DNA of 64,000 bases, from the NCBI GenBank assembly GCA_016186905.1, contig JACPKS010000069.1:1766-65765 (forward strand), given 5' to 3'. Below the pieces are notes generated by a model, which did no database searches, was not told the DNA's origin, and saw nothing but the letters and a program-made list of their open reading frames with translations. Shown piece by piece: positions 53,989 through 64,000 of this stretch. Both the position numbers and the translations under genes were made by a program. Numbering within the stretch: position 1 is the stretch's first letter; each line of letters starts with the position of its first letter. Origin of the DNA: Deltaproteobacteria bacterium (GTDB lineage Bacteria; Bdellovibrionota; UBA1018; UBA923).

Positions 53989-55320
53989 ATGAAATCAAAA
54001 AAACAGATCGACGCATTCCGTATTACGCTGATCCTGCTGCTTCTGATCAGCGGCTGCGGCTTCAAGAAAAATTCAGGAACTTCGGACGGCGCTTCGGCGG
54101 CGGATTCCAAGTCCGGCGTAACGGCTGCGCGGCCGCAGGCGCAAGCCAGGTTTTCTGAAACGGAATACGCGCATTCCGAGCTTATCCCTTCGCTCCACGC
54201 CAACTACAGAACGAGAAACCCGCTCGTGATCCCGGCGGACCCGCTCCCCGCCGTTCTCAGGATCTCGCTCGCGATGGACAAGCTTCACGGAGATCGCCTC
54301 ACCGTACGCGCCAGAGGACTGGCGGGAACACTTTACTCTATACCTGTCGTCACCAACGTCCTCGAGCGCCAAAGCGACGGAACGGGAGAGATCTATAATT
54401 TGGAAATTCTGAACCTCTACCAGTGCGGCCTGAAAAACACCTGGGGTGAAAGCGCCTCTCTTCGGATCACTCTCAATACGGAGCAGGAAGAAAAATCCGT
54501 CATCGTGGACCTCAAAACCCCGCCCGCGCCGATCAAAGTTTCGAGCGCCGGCGGGCTCGACGCCAAGGCAAGGACGGTCGCCGTGGATGGCAGCGCCGTT
54601 TTATTCCCCGCGGGCCGCTTTCGCGTGGAATTCGCCGCGCGGGACTCATCGCTCAAGCTTGCCCGCTTCGTGGACGGCGCGCTTCTGACTCAATACGCGC
54701 ATTCCTCATTCACTTCGAATTTTAACGGTTCGGGACCCGGCGGCTTCGACTGGAACGACCGGCCGGAGATGAACTGCAAGATCCTCGAAACGAAGAGAAA
54801 CTACGTCGCCCGGGCGCCGATGCGCTTCCTGATCGTGCCTGAAGGCGCCGCCGACTCGGAAGCCCTGCGTGCCTTGGGTGAACCTACGGACGCATCCCTT
54901 ACCCTCGTGCCGAACGCCGAATTGAAATCGGGCTTCACGGCCTATGCCATGATCGAGCAAAGTACCGCGGCCTTCCCGAAATACGGCCGCTGCGGCGCCG
55001 AAGCGGAGCGCCCGCTCGTGGACGCCTGTTACCGCACCGTTTGTCAAGGCACATTCACCCCCAGAAAATGCGAGAGCGGCACATGGGCCGTCGCCGAAAG
55101 CGGCCGGCATCTCTACCGCGATTTCACCGATATCGGCGGCTACGGGTTTCAGATGCAAAATCCCGTCGCGGAGGCGTTGAACTATTATCGAAGTCTCCCT
55201 TCAGAGCCTGGCGTTCTCTCGGGCCGCGTCCTTCTGGACGGAAAACTGCTGTTCACGGTCAAAGGCGAAGTGAACGCGGAACTTCCGGACGCGGTTCCTC
55301 CGGAAAGCTGCAGGATCTGA
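53989..55320 (+). CDS. Hypothetical lipoprotein
   Basis: In ORF 53965-55320. MKSKKQIDAFRITLILLLLISGC lipobox. 443 aa. No family recognised. Confidence 0.55.
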   Translation: MKSKKQIDAFRITLILLLLISGCGFKKNSGTSDGASAADSKSGVTAARPQAQARFSETEYAHSELIPSLHANYRTRNPLVIPADPLPAVLRISLAMDKLHGDRLTVRARGLAGTLYSIPVVTNVLERQSDGTGEIYNLEILNLYQCGLKNTWGESASLRITLNTEQEEKSVIVDLKTPPAPIKVSSAGGLDAKARTVAVDGSAVLFPAGRFRVEFAARDSSLKLARFVDGALLTQYAHSSFTSNFNGSGPGGFDWNDRPEMNCKILETKRNYVARAPMRFLIVPEGAADSEALRALGEPTDASLTLVPNAELKSGFTAYAMIEQSTAAFPKYGRCGAEAERPLVDACYRTVCQGTFTPRKCESGTWAVAESGRHLYRDFTDIGGYGFQMQNPVAEALNYYRSLPSEPGVLSGRVLLDGKLLFTVKGEVNAELPDAVPPESCRI

Positions 55321-55357
55321 ATTGAAAATCGAGAACTGACGTGGGAACCTGCTTTCC

Positions 55358-56305
55358 ATGTCGAGTTTTGAAAAGAAAACCTCGCCACAAAACGCCGTAC
55401 TGGCCGTCGGATCCGTCGCCTTCGATTCGATCCGCACGCCCTCCGGCAAAGCCGATCGGATCCTCGGCGGTTCGGCGAATTATTTTTCGCTCGCGGCGAG
55501 CCTCTTCACCAACATCAATCTCGTGGGAATCGTCGGCAGCGACTTTCCGAAGGACCATTTTGAAGTGCTGCGCAGCCGGGGAATCGACCTCAAGGGTCTC
55601 GAAACGGCCTCCGGACAGACCTTCCACTGGGTGGGCGAATACGGCAGCGACCTGAACGAGGCGAAGACGCTCTCCACGTTCTTGAACGTGTTCGAGCATT
55701 TCAACCCGAAACTTCCTGAGGCGTACCGCGACAGCCGGTACGTGTTTCTCGCGAACATCGATCCGGATCTTCAGCGTTCGGTTCACGCGCAGACGCGCAA
55801 ACCCGAATTCGTCGCGTGCGACACGATGAATTTCTGGATCACCGGAAAAAAAGCGTCGCTGGTGAAGACGCTCGAGCTCGTGGACCTGCTCACGATCAAC
55901 GAGGGCGAGGCATTCCTGCTGTCCGAGAAAAACAATGTCATCGACGCGGCGGCCGCGATCCGCGGTTTAGGGCCCAAGGCCGTAGTCGTCAAACGCGGCG
56001 AATACGGCGCGCTGCTTTTCAGCGACCACGGCATCTTCTCGGCCCCGGCGCTCCCCCTTGCGACCGTGAAAGACCCGACGGGCGCGGGAGACACGTTCGC
56101 GGGAGGCATGATCGGATACATCGCGCACGAGGACGCGGGCGCGGATCTGTTCCGCGACGACGAGATTCTGAGACGCGCGGTGATTTTCGGAAGCGTGATG
56201 GCGAGCTTTACGGTCGAGGATTTCGGGCTATCGAACCTGCTTCGGGTGACGCCGGCTCAAGTCCAAGAGCGATACCGGCAGTTTCTGCGGATGACCAGAT
56301 TCTAG
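55358..56305 (+). CDS. PfkB-family carbohydrate/nucleoside kinase
   Basis: 315 aa. GGSANYF near the N-terminus and DPTGAGDTFAGG near the C-terminus. Confidence 0.85.
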   Translation: MSSFEKKTSPQNAVLAVGSVAFDSIRTPSGKADRILGGSANYFSLAASLFTNINLVGIVGSDFPKDHFEVLRSRGIDLKGLETASGQTFHWVGEYGSDLNEAKTLSTFLNVFEHFNPKLPEAYRDSRYVFLANIDPDLQRSVHAQTRKPEFVACDTMNFWITGKKASLVKTLELVDLLTINEGEAFLLSEKNNVIDAAAAIRGLGPKAVVVKRGEYGALLFSDHGIFSAPALPLATVKDPTGAGDTFAGGMIGYIAHEDAGADLFRDDEILRRAVIFGSVMASFTVEDFGLSNLLRVTPAQVQERYRQFLRMTRF

Positions 56306-57410
56306 CGGGCACGTGCGCTTTGAGCGCCGCCCAGAACTCGCGCTGGAACCGCGCGCGATTGAACTGACGCCCGCGCGCGCGGCAGGCCTCCGAATCAAAA
56401 CCCTGTTTCCCGGATTTTTCCTCGAACTTCCGGACGGCGGCGATCAATCCGTCGACGGTCGCCTCGTCGAAAAACACGCCTGTTTCGGAAGTCACCGTCT
56501 CAAGCGCCCCGCCGCTTCCGAACGCGATGACAGGCGCGCCGGCCGACATCGCTTCGATCGGAACGATCCCGAAATCCTCGATGCCCGGAAAAACGAGCGC
56601 CTTGCACTTGGCGTACATGTCGGCAAGCGACAAACCCCTGATCCCGGAAAGAAATTCCACATTTTCGGCCCCTTCCTGGCGCGCGAGTTTTTCGAGCCGC
56701 GCGCGGTCGGGCCCGTCGCCCACGACGAGAAGCGGCTTTTTCATCCGGTTGAACGCCTCGATCGCGAGATCGACGCGCTTGTAGGGCACGAGTGCCGCCA
56801 CCATGAGATAGAAACGGCCGGGCTTGCGCGATACGGAGAACTGTTCGGTTTCGCAGAACGGGTAAACGACGTCGGCGTCTCTGCCGTAATATTCCTTGAT
56901 CCGCGCGGCGATGAACTTCGAGTTCGCGAGAAAGTGATCGACGCGCCCGGCGGAGCGGAGGTCCCAGTTCCGCAACCACGGGCGCAGCGCGCGCGCGGCC
57001 ATCCGCGTAAGCGGGCTGTAACGCCCCGGCGCGAAGTATTCGTCGAAGCGGTCCCACATGTAGCGCATCGGCGCGTGGATGTAGCTCATGTGGTAAGCGT
57101 CAGCGCGCTTGCGCACGCCCTTGGCCACGCAATGCGAGGAACTCAGGATCAGATCGTACGGAGACATGTCGAAGCGCTCGATCGCCCACGGCATGAGCGG
57201 CAACAGGTGCCGGTAGCGCTCGCGCGCGGACGGAAGCTTCTGTAAAACCGAGACGTGTCGGTTCAGGCGCGCGATGTTGCCCGACACCTGGCCCGGAACG
57301 TAGATCAGAGTGTAAAGATCGGCGCGCGGAAACATTTCGCAGATCGCGTCGAGGACGTTCTCGCCGCCGCGCTGACTCACCAGCCAGTCGTGGATGATGG
57401 CGACCTTCAT
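56208..57410 (-). CDS. Glycosyltransferase family 4
   Basis: 400 aa. MKVAIIHDWLVSQRGGENVLDAI, and a C-terminal GT-B half with EDFGIVPIEAMSAGAPVIA. The last ~33 codons overlap the 3' end of the convergent kinase gene by 98 nt. Confidence 0.82.
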   Translation of the reverse strand: MKVAIIHDWLVSQRGGENVLDAICEMFPRADLYTLIYVPGQVSGNIARLNRHVSVLQKLPSARERYRHLLPLMPWAIERFDMSPYDLILSSSHCVAKGVRKRADAYHMSYIHAPMRYMWDRFDEYFAPGRYSPLTRMAARALRPWLRNWDLRSAGRVDHFLANSKFIAARIKEYYGRDADVVYPFCETEQFSVSRKPGRFYLMVAALVPYKRVDLAIEAFNRMKKPLLVVGDGPDRARLEKLARQEGAENVEFLSGIRGLSLADMYAKCKALVFPGIEDFGIVPIEAMSAGAPVIAFGSGGALETVTSETGVFFDEATVDGLIAAVRKFEEKSGKQGFDSEACRARGRQFNRARFQREFWAALKAHVPARIWSSAETAGIALGLEPASPEAGSIARNPRP

Positions 57411-57417
57411 CGTCTTC

Positions 57418-58359
57418 TCAAAGCCGCGCGCGGAAATAATCGAGGGTCTTCGCGATCCCTTCTTTGAGCGTCACCTTCGGGCCGTTCCAGCCCAGAAGTT
57501 TCTGAGCGCGCGCGATGACCGGGCGGCGCTGCTTGGGATCGTCGGTGAATTTGAGCGGCACGAATTCAATGCGGCTCCTGGTGCCCGGCACCGCTTCCAC
57601 CACGAACTTCGCGAAATCCAGAATCGTGTGCTCGTCGGGGTTGCCGATGTTGACCGGGCCGTGCTCGTTTGAATCCACGAGGCGCATGATCCCGTCGACG
57701 AGATCGTCGACGAAGCAGAAAGACCGCGTTTGTTTTCCGTCGCCGTAGACCGTGAGCGGCTCGTTGCGCAGCGCTTGTCCGCAGAAATTCGGCACCACTC
57801 GGCCATCGTCGAGGCGCATCCGCGGACCGTACGTGTTGAAGATGCGCACGATGCCGGTATTCACCTCGTATTTGCGCAGATACACCATCGTCGCCGCCTC
57901 GGCGAAGCGTTTGGCTTCGTCGTAGCAGGAACGCAAGCCCGTGGGATTGACGTTTCCCCAGTAGTCTTCGGTTTGAGGATGCACGAGCGGATCGCCGTAG
58001 ACTTCGGACGTGCTCGCGAGCAGAAACCGCGCGCCGTCTTTTTTAGCGAGCTCGAGCGCATTGAACGTGCCGAGCGAATCCACGCGCAGAATTTCGAGCG
58101 GAACGCGCGTGAAATCCACCGGACTCGCCGGGCAGGCGAAATGCAGGACGAAATCCGTCTTGTCGATTTCAGGAAACGGTTCCGAGACGTCGTGACGGAT
58201 CAACGTGAAATTCTTGTTTTCGGAAAAGCGCGCGACGTTTTCCTCGGAGCCCGTCAGGAAGCTGTCGACCGCGGTGACTCGATCGCCTCGCAGGAGATAT
58301 TTCCCGCAGAGATGCGATCCGATGAATCCCGCGCCACCCGTGATCAGAATGTGAGCCAT
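57418..58359 (-). CDS. UDP-glucuronate decarboxylase (UDP-xylose synthase)-like SDR
   Basis: 313 aa. ILITGGAGFIGSHL, YDEAKRFAE catalytic YxxxK. Overall UXS-like pattern. Confidence 0.88.
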   Translation of the reverse strand: MAHILITGGAGFIGSHLCGKYLLRGDRVTAVDSFLTGSEENVARFSENKNFTLIRHDVSEPFPEIDKTDFVLHFACPASPVDFTRVPLEILRVDSLGTFNALELAKKDGARFLLASTSEVYGDPLVHPQTEDYWGNVNPTGLRSCYDEAKRFAEAATMVYLRKYEVNTGIVRIFNTYGPRMRLDDGRVVPNFCGQALRNEPLTVYGDGKQTRSFCFVDDLVDGIMRLVDSNEHGPVNIGNPDEHTILDFAKFVVEAVPGTRSRIEFVPLKFTDDPKQRRPVIARAQKLLGWNGPKVTLKEGIAKTLDYFRARL

Positions 58360-58381
58360 TTTTTCCGTACCCTCTTTGTTC

Positions 58382-59512
58382 CTAAGTTCGAAGCGTTTCG
58401 CGATAAAGCGCGTGCGTTTTCTTCGCGATCTCGATGAAGGAGTAACGATCCCTCAACGCGCGAAATTTTTCAACCATCGCCATCCGCAGCGGCTGACCGC
58501 CGTCCAGAACGCACTGCAACGCCTTCTCAAGCGACTGCACGCTCGAAGGCTCGAAGAAAAGCTCTTCCGGCAAAACCCCCGAGAGAAGCTCACGGTGCGC
58601 CGGGATCGAAGAAACGACCGGCACGCTTCCCGACGCGAGTGCCTCGATCGGCGGAAGACTGAACCCTTCGTAAGCGGACGGGACGATGACCGCCGTGCTC
58701 TCGGCGTACAGAGGCCTCAGCCAGACGTCGTCGACAACATCGAGAAAAACGGCATTGGGACCGGCATCGCGGCCTTCGGAAGGGAGAGTAAAGATGAATT
58801 TGTCGGGCTGGATCGACGCCTGGCCGAGCGCGCGCTTTCCACGCTCTTTGGCGAGCGCGGTGACGAGACCGCTGTTCTTGCTCACCCGCGACTCGGAAGT
58901 CACGCAGAGAAAATAACGGCCCGGGATTTTGAAACGCTCGCGCATGGCTCGGATTTCCTCGACGGACGCGCGCTCCACGTACCAAGGATCGATGGCGTTG
59001 GCGATGACGCGGATCTTCGACATCGAAAAATGCAGGCGCGACTCGATGTCACCGGCGACCGCGCGGCTCACGGCGACGATGCAGGCGGCGCCCTTGAGCC
59101 TCTTGCGCATCGACTCGCGATAAGACTCGACATCGCCCGAATAAAGCCCGTCGAGCTCGTGGACCGTGGAGATGCGCGGAACCTTCGGAATCCAGGCGCC
59201 CGTGCACGCAAGATCGTGAAACAGCCGCGCGCGATGCGCACGCGCGATCAAGGGTACTTCGAGATTCGCGAGTCTGCGCCCCGCCGCACCCAGAAAAGAC
59301 GTGCCGCGAAGCGAGGATTGGACCCACTGAAAACGGTTGCGGTGCTGGCCGCCCGCGCGGCTGACGACCTTTCGAGCCTTCGGGTCGGTATACAGAACGT
59401 GGAACTCAAGTTCCGAATCGACGTGGCTCAAGCCCAGAAGAAGATTGAGCGCGTGCCGTCCGACACCCGATAACCGCGTTTCTATGCTGCGGGCGTCGAT
59501 GAGCACCCTCAT
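58382..59512 (-). CDS. Glycosyltransferase (GT-B, family 1/4-like)
   Basis: In ORF 58382-59569. ATG 59512 (MRVLIDARSIETRLSGVGRH..). C-terminal EGFSLPPIEALASG. Confidence 0.78.
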   Translation of the reverse strand: MRVLIDARSIETRLSGVGRHALNLLLGLSHVDSELEFHVLYTDPKARKVVSRAGGQHRNRFQWVQSSLRGTSFLGAAGRRLANLEVPLIARAHRARLFHDLACTGAWIPKVPRISTVHELDGLYSGDVESYRESMRKRLKGAACIVAVSRAVAGDIESRLHFSMSKIRVIANAIDPWYVERASVEEIRAMRERFKIPGRYFLCVTSESRVSKNSGLVTALAKERGKRALGQASIQPDKFIFTLPSEGRDAGPNAVFLDVVDDVWLRPLYAESTAVIVPSAYEGFSLPPIEALASGSVPVVSSIPAHRELLSGVLPEELFFEPSSVQSLEKALQCVLDGGQPLRMAMVEKFRALRDRYSFIEIAKKTHALYRETLRT

Positions 59513-60429
59513 GCGCGCCTCGCGCGCGCGGAAAGCCTGCCGCGCATCCCGGCACGCGCCAAAAAGCAAACCGGTTCGACCGGGCAGGTTTCGCAGATCG
59601 ATTCGACGTAGCGGCGCCGGCAGACGTCGAGGATCCCCAATCGCGTGAGCGCGAAATCATAGCGCACGGGATCGTCGGGGCTTATCGCGCGAAGCCTGTC
59701 GGTGATCTCGAGCGCCATCGCCCAGTTCGGCGCTTTCGCAAGTTTTCCGCTCCGCAAGCGAAGAAAGTGAGAAAGCCGCGCGATGTGCGTATCCACGGGA
59801 ATGATGAGTTCCCTTGGAGAGAGCCAATCCGACCAGAGTCCGAGATCAACCTCGTCGGCCCGGGACATCCAGCGCAGAAACATCACTCCGCGCTTGCAGG
59901 CGCTTCCGCCTTCCGGCGCATTGATGAAAAACCGCAAGCCTCTCCATGCCGATTGGCCGGGCCCTCGCGTGCGCGCGCACTCGCGCTTGAACTCGTCCCA
60001 AAACCACCGGGCCGTGCCGTTAAGAACGTTTTCCACGAAGCGCTTGCTCTGCCCCGCGCGGCCCTGATCGCGGAACAAGCCGCCGAGCGAACCGTGCTCG
60101 GCGATCGCACGGCGGATCGCGCTTAAAAGCGCCTTAAGGTGCCGCTCGTCGTGAAAACGGTGAGAAAACCCGGGCCAATGAGATGCCTTGCCGTCAAACT
60201 TCGCGAGAAACCACGAGGGAGACTCACCCATCGGAGCGAGGATGGCTTCAAGCGCGCGCCCGATCAATCCCACCGAGCCGTACGCGAACATCGCGGAGAG
60301 GAAAGCCGCGATCTCGCGATCGGCGGAATCGCGGTAACGGTGCGCGAACTGGATCGGATCCGAGGCGAGAAACTCTTTCCGGTTGTAGCGCAGCAAGAGG
60401 GCCTCAAAAATTTCAAAAAACGTAGCCAT
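59509..60429 (-). CDS. TIGR02757/DUF2400-family protein
   Basis: In ORF 59509-60504. ATG 60429 (MATFFEIFEALLLRYNRKEFLASDPIQFAHRY..). C-terminal Cys cluster CRRRYVESICETCPVEPVCF. Confidence 0.65.
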   Translation of the reverse strand: MATFFEIFEALLLRYNRKEFLASDPIQFAHRYRDSADREIAAFLSAMFAYGSVGLIGRALEAILAPMGESPSWFLAKFDGKASHWPGFSHRFHDERHLKALLSAIRRAIAEHGSLGGLFRDQGRAGQSKRFVENVLNGTARWFWDEFKRECARTRGPGQSAWRGLRFFINAPEGGSACKRGVMFLRWMSRADEVDLGLWSDWLSPRELIIPVDTHIARLSHFLRLRSGKLAKAPNWAMALEITDRLRAISPDDPVRYDFALTRLGILDVCRRRYVESICETCPVEPVCFLARAGMRGRLSARARRA

Positions 60430-60465
60430 CCCCGCCGCGGATCTGTTAATTTCAGAGCCGGAATC

Positions 60466-61059
60466 ATGCGAAAGCAAATCCTCGCCGCGTACCGCGTTCA
60501 CCACTGTTTTTGTTTCCTCGTCACTCTTTTTTTGGCCGTCGCTTTCGGCGCCTTAACCGCATCGGCGGACACCCTGTTAAAACCCGAAGGCAACTGCGCT
60601 CGAAGCTATATCTACCGCAGCCGCACCTATCCTGTCGACTCCAGCCGAAAGCTCGACGGAGAAGGCCTACGGCCCGTCCTGCGCAAGAACGCGGATAGCG
60701 AAACACTTCTCAATAGCTACCAGACCGGCCTTAAAACCACCCGGGTACCCGCCTACTTCGGTACGCTGGGTCTTGTCGCGCTGATCGGAGGGCCGATCTA
60801 TGCGGCTGCACTGGATGAAAATCATCCGGTCGGAAAGCACGACATCCGCAGAGTGGCCCTTTTAGGAGGCGTGGGCGTCCTTGTCGGGAGCTACTTCTTC
60901 GGGAAATACGTGATTCACAATAACGAGAAAAACCTGGAAAAAGCGGTGCAGACCTATAATGATTCCGCCAGCGGAATGGAGAAAATCCAGGTCGGATTTA
61001 CTCCGCTTTCGACCGGAGACGGCGGGCAGATCAAAACGATCGTGCCGTTTCAGTTTTAA
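60466..61059 (+). CDS. Hypothetical membrane/secreted protein
   Basis: ATG 60466 within ORF 60139-61059; the upstream part is antisense to the DUF2400 gene. Signal-like FCFLVTLFLAVAFGALTASA and two further hydrophobic segments. Confidence 0.45.
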   Translation: MRKQILAAYRVHHCFCFLVTLFLAVAFGALTASADTLLKPEGNCARSYIYRSRTYPVDSSRKLDGEGLRPVLRKNADSETLLNSYQTGLKTTRVPAYFGTLGLVALIGGPIYAAALDENHPVGKHDIRRVALLGGVGVLVGSYFFGKYVIHNNEKNLEKAVQTYNDSASGMEKIQVGFTPLSTGDGGQIKTIVPFQF

Positions 61060-61083
61060 TGAACCGGTTTTAACGGAGAGCGA

Positions 61084-64000
61084 ATGCCCAAGGACAAGAA
61101 TATCCGCACGATCCTCATTATCGGTTCGGGCCCCATCACGATCGGGCAGGCGTGCGAGTTCGACTATTCGGGGAGCCAAGCCGTGCGCGCGCTGAAAAAC
61201 GAGGGCTATCGCGTGATTCTCGCCAACTCCAACCCCGCGACGATCATGACCGACCCCGAGCTTGCCGACCAGGTTTACATCGAGCCGCTCGACACCGATT
61301 TTCTGGAAATGATTCTGCAAAAGGAAAAACCGGATGCGATTCTTCCGACGATGGGCGGACAGACCGCGCTGAATCTCGCGGTTGAGCTCGCGGAAAAAGG
61401 CATCCTGGCGAAATACGGCGTGCGCCTCCTGGGCGCGAGCCTCGAGTCAATCAAACTTGCCGAGGACCGCGAGCTTTTTAAAAAGAAAATGATCGAGCTC
61501 GGCATCGACGTCCCCAAGAGCCTGCTCGTGCGTTCGCATGAGGAAGGCCGGGCGGTACTCGCCGAGATCGGTCTTCCGATGATCCTGCGCCCGAGCTTCA
61601 CGCTCGGAGGCGAAGGCGGGGGTGCTGCCGAAACCGAGGCCGATTTTTTTCGCATTCTCGATCGTGGCCTCTTCTTGAGCCCGACGGGCTCCGTGCTCGT
61701 CGAGGAAAGCCTGATCGGTTGGAAGGAATTCGAGCTTGAGGTCGTGCGTGATCGCGCCGACAACGTGATCATCGTCTGCTCGATCGAAAACTTCGATCCG
61801 ATGGGCATCCACACGGGCGACAGCATCACGGTCGCGCCCGCGCAGACGCTCACCGACCGCCAGTACCAGCTTCTGCGCGATCATTCCAAACGCATCATCC
61901 GGGCGATCAACGTCGATACGGGCGGCTCGAACATCCAGTTCGCCGTGAAACCGCGCGGGCCCGACGCGGGCCGCACGGTCGTCATCGAAATGAATCCGCG
62001 CGTTTCGCGCTCGTCCGCGCTCGCGAGCAAGGCCACTGGCTTTCCGATCGCCAAGGTCGCCGCCAAACTCGCGGTCGGCTACACGCTCGACGAGCTCACG
62101 AACGAAATCACGGGCACGACGCCGGCGAGCTTCGAGCCCAGCATCGATTACGTGGTCACGAAAATTCCGCGCTTCGACTTCGAGAAATTTCTCGCGACAC
62201 CCGCGATGCTCGGCACGCAGATGAAAAGCGTGGGCGAAGCGATGGCGATCGGCGCGACGTTCAAGGAATCGCTTCTGAAGGCGCTTTCAAGCATGGAAAA
62301 CGTGCGGTTCTGGTTTCGCCACACGGAATTCGAAGATCCCTCCACTCCGCTCACGGGGCTCGAGGCGATGCTCAAGAAAACGCATCCCCACCGCATCATG
62401 TACGTCGCGACCGCCATCCGCCGCGGAATGGACATCGAACGCATCCACGAGCTGACACACATCGACCCGTGGTTCTTGAATCAGATCCGCGAGATTCTCG
62501 AGCTTGAAGCGCATTTCAAAAGCGCCGGACCGGTCGCCAAATGGTCGGAGCGCGAGTTTCTCGTGGCCAAACAGACCGGTTTTTCGGATCGCTATCTTTC
62601 GATCATTACGGGCGAACCCGAGCCGGTCATTCGCGCCGAGCGCATCCGCCGCGGGATCAAGCCCTCCTTCGCGCTGGTCGATACGTGCGCCGGCGAATTC
62701 GAGGCGCATACCCCTTACCTTTACAGCACCTACTGCAGCGGGGTCGCCGCACCCGCGCCGGCCAAGAACGCGGTCATGATCTTCGGCGGCGGGCCGAACC
62801 GCATCGGCCAGGGGATCGAGTTCGACTACTGCTGCGTCCACGCTTCAATGGCCGCGCGGGACGAAGGCTACGAGAGCATCATGGTCAACTGCAACCCGGA
62901 GACCGTGAGCACCGACTACGACATCTCCTCGAAGCTCTATTTCGAGCCGCTCACCACCGAACACGTCTATGAAATTTTTCGCGCGGAGCCCAACATCAAG
63001 GGCGCGATCGTGCAGTTCGGCGGCCAGACGCCGCTCAAGCTCGCGTACGCGCTGGGCGAGCTGGGCATCCCGATCCTCGGAACTACGGTCGACAACATCG
63101 ACATCGCCGAGGATCGCGAACGCTTCGACGCGCTCATCAGGGAGCTCGAGCCGATGGGCCTCAAGCAGCCGCAAAGCCGCACGGCCACGAACGCCAAAGA
63201 CGCGATCGCGGCGGCCGACGAGATGGGATACCCCGTGCTTCTGCGTCCGAGTTACGTACTCGGCGGGCGCGGCATGCGCGTGATTTTTCACCGCGACAAT
63301 CTCGTCCGCTACATCGAAGAGGCGCTTGAAGTCTCGGAATCGAAACCCGTCCTGATCGATCGCTACCTTTCGGAAGCCACCGAGCTCGACGTCGACGCGA
63401 TCTCCGACGGCGAGCAGGTTCTGATCGGCGGAATCATGGAGCACATCGAGGAAGCCGGCATCCACTCCGGCGACAGCGCGTGCAGCCTTCCGCCGTTCAC
63501 GCTCGGACCCGAGACGGTCGAGCGCGTCCGCGAGTACACGCGCATCCTCGCCATGCGCTTAAACGTGCGCGGTCTCATGAACGTGCAGTTCGCCGTCAAA
63601 GACGAAGACATCTACGTTCTCGAAGTGAATCCCCGCGCGTCGCGAACGGTGCCGTTCGTGAGCAAAGTCGTGGGAAAGCCGCTCGCGAAGATCGCCACGA
63701 AGATCATGCTCGGAAAGAACTTGGCCGAGATGGGCTGCACGAAAGATTTCGACGCCGAACTCGCCACCTACAACGTGAAAATGCCGGTCTTTCCATTCCA
63801 CAAATTTCCCGGCGTGGACGTGCTGCTCGGGCCCGAGATGAAATCGACCGGCGAATCGATGGGCCGTTCCGAGGATTTTTCCTCGGCCTATTCGAAAGCG
63901 CTCCTGGGAGCCGGGGTCAGGCTTCCGACGTCGGGACGAGCGTTCATTTCGATCGCCGACTCCGATAAAAGCGCGATTGTCGAGATCGCAAACCGGCTCC
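61084..64000 (+). CDS. carB: Carbamoyl-phosphate synthase large subunit (3' end beyond the window)
   Basis: Not in the supplied ORF track because it has no stop inside the window. ATG 61084, [57 protein letters not shown]. Second ATP-grasp half from about 62760 ([23 protein letters not shown]). Frame checked open at several points up to 64000. Confidence 0.95.
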   Translation, partial: MPKDKNIRTILIIGSGPITIGQACEFDYSGSQAVRALKNEGYRVILANSNPATIMTDPELADQVYIEPLDTDFLEMILQKEKPDAILPTMGGQTALNLAVELAEKGILAKYGVRLLGASLESIKLAEDRELFKKKMIELGIDVPKSLLVRSHEEGRAVLAEIGLPMILRPSFTLGGEGGGAAETEADFFRILDRGLFLSPTGSVLVEESLIGWKEFELEVVRDRADNVIIVCSIENFDPMGIHTGDSITVAPAQTLTDRQYQLLRDHSKRIIRAINVDTGGSNIQFAVKPRGPDAGRTVVIEMNPRVSRSSALASKATGFPIAKVAAKLAVGYTLDELTNEITGTTPASFEPSIDYVVTKIPRFDFEKFLATPAMLGTQMKSVGEAMAIGATFKESLLKALSSMENVRFWFRHTEFEDPSTPLTGLEAMLKKTHPHRIMYVATAIRRGMDIERIHELTHIDPWFLNQIREILELEAHFKSAGPVAKWSEREFLVAKQTGFSDRYLSIITGEPEPVIRAERIRRGIKPSFALVDTCAGEFEAHTPYLYSTYCSGVAAPAPAKNAVMIFGGGPNRIGQGIEFDYCCVHASMAARDEGYESIMVNCNPETVSTDYDISSKLYFEPLTTEHVYEIFRAEPNIKGAIVQFGGQTPLKLAYALGELGIPILGTTVDNIDIAEDRERFDALIRELEPMGLKQPQSRTATNAKDAIAAADEMGYPVLLRPSYVLGGRGMRVIFHRDNLVRYIEEALEVSESKPVLIDRYLSEATELDVDAISDGEQVLIGGIMEHIEEAGIHSGDSACSLPPFTLGPETVERVREYTRILAMRLNVRGLMNVQFAVKDEDIYVLEVNPRASRTVPFVSKVVGKPLAKIATKIMLGKNLAEMGCTKDFDAELATYNVKMPVFPFHKFPGVDVLLGPEMKSTGESMGRSEDFSSAYSKALLGAGVRLPTSGRAFISIADSDKSAIVEIANRL

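Overview
High-GC (about 60% or more on hand-counted lines) bacterial chromosomal segment. Gene content and order resemble deltaproteobacteria-type lineages (Bdellovibrionota/Myxococcota-like), but I cannot assign the organism. Layout: (1) 119-13787, a complete 12-gene type II secretion locus gspC-D-E-F-G-H-I-J-K-L-M-N on the + strand, followed by two appended genes, one a GshB-like ATP-grasp. (2) 15.7-16.4 kb, a small low-GC islet with a DUF4160/DUF2442 pair. (3) 16.4-29.4 kb, a minus-strand housekeeping block: merR-ihfA-pheT-pheS-rplT-rpmI-infC, nadE, ndk-sucD-sucC-mdh-icd. (4) 29.4-33.0 kb, a Y1 (IS200/RAYT-type) transposase and two secreted unknowns. (5) 33-40.9 kb: ABC-F ATPase, MBL hydrolase, pyrD, hydrolase, and a CHASE2 nucleotide cyclase with an adjacent cNMP-binding protein. 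(6) About 40.9-49.6 kb, a clearly lower-GC island (about 42-47% on counted lines). It carries an HME-RND pump (CzcA-like plus TolC-like OMF, no adaptor gene), a heme-binding-domain protein, a very Met/Gln-rich periplasmic protein, an outer-membrane barrel with a Met/Gly loop, a His/Cys-rich small protein and a DUF4143 ATPase. (7) 49.6-61 kb: manC plus cupin, a SPOR protein, an orphan Flp pilin with TadE-like N-termini, secreted unknowns and a sugar-nucleotide/glycosyltransferase cluster. (8) carB, running off the right edge. No rRNA, tRNA or CRISPR array was seen. Points for follow-up are the metal island, three frame-disrupted genes (pheT, ABC-F, cNMP-binding protein), an atypical GspG leader containing a perfect hairpin, a MITE/REPIN-like inverted repeat near the Y1 transposase, and an in-frame 12-bp tandem repeat in manC. 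Nothing here can be called a proven new system from sequence alone.
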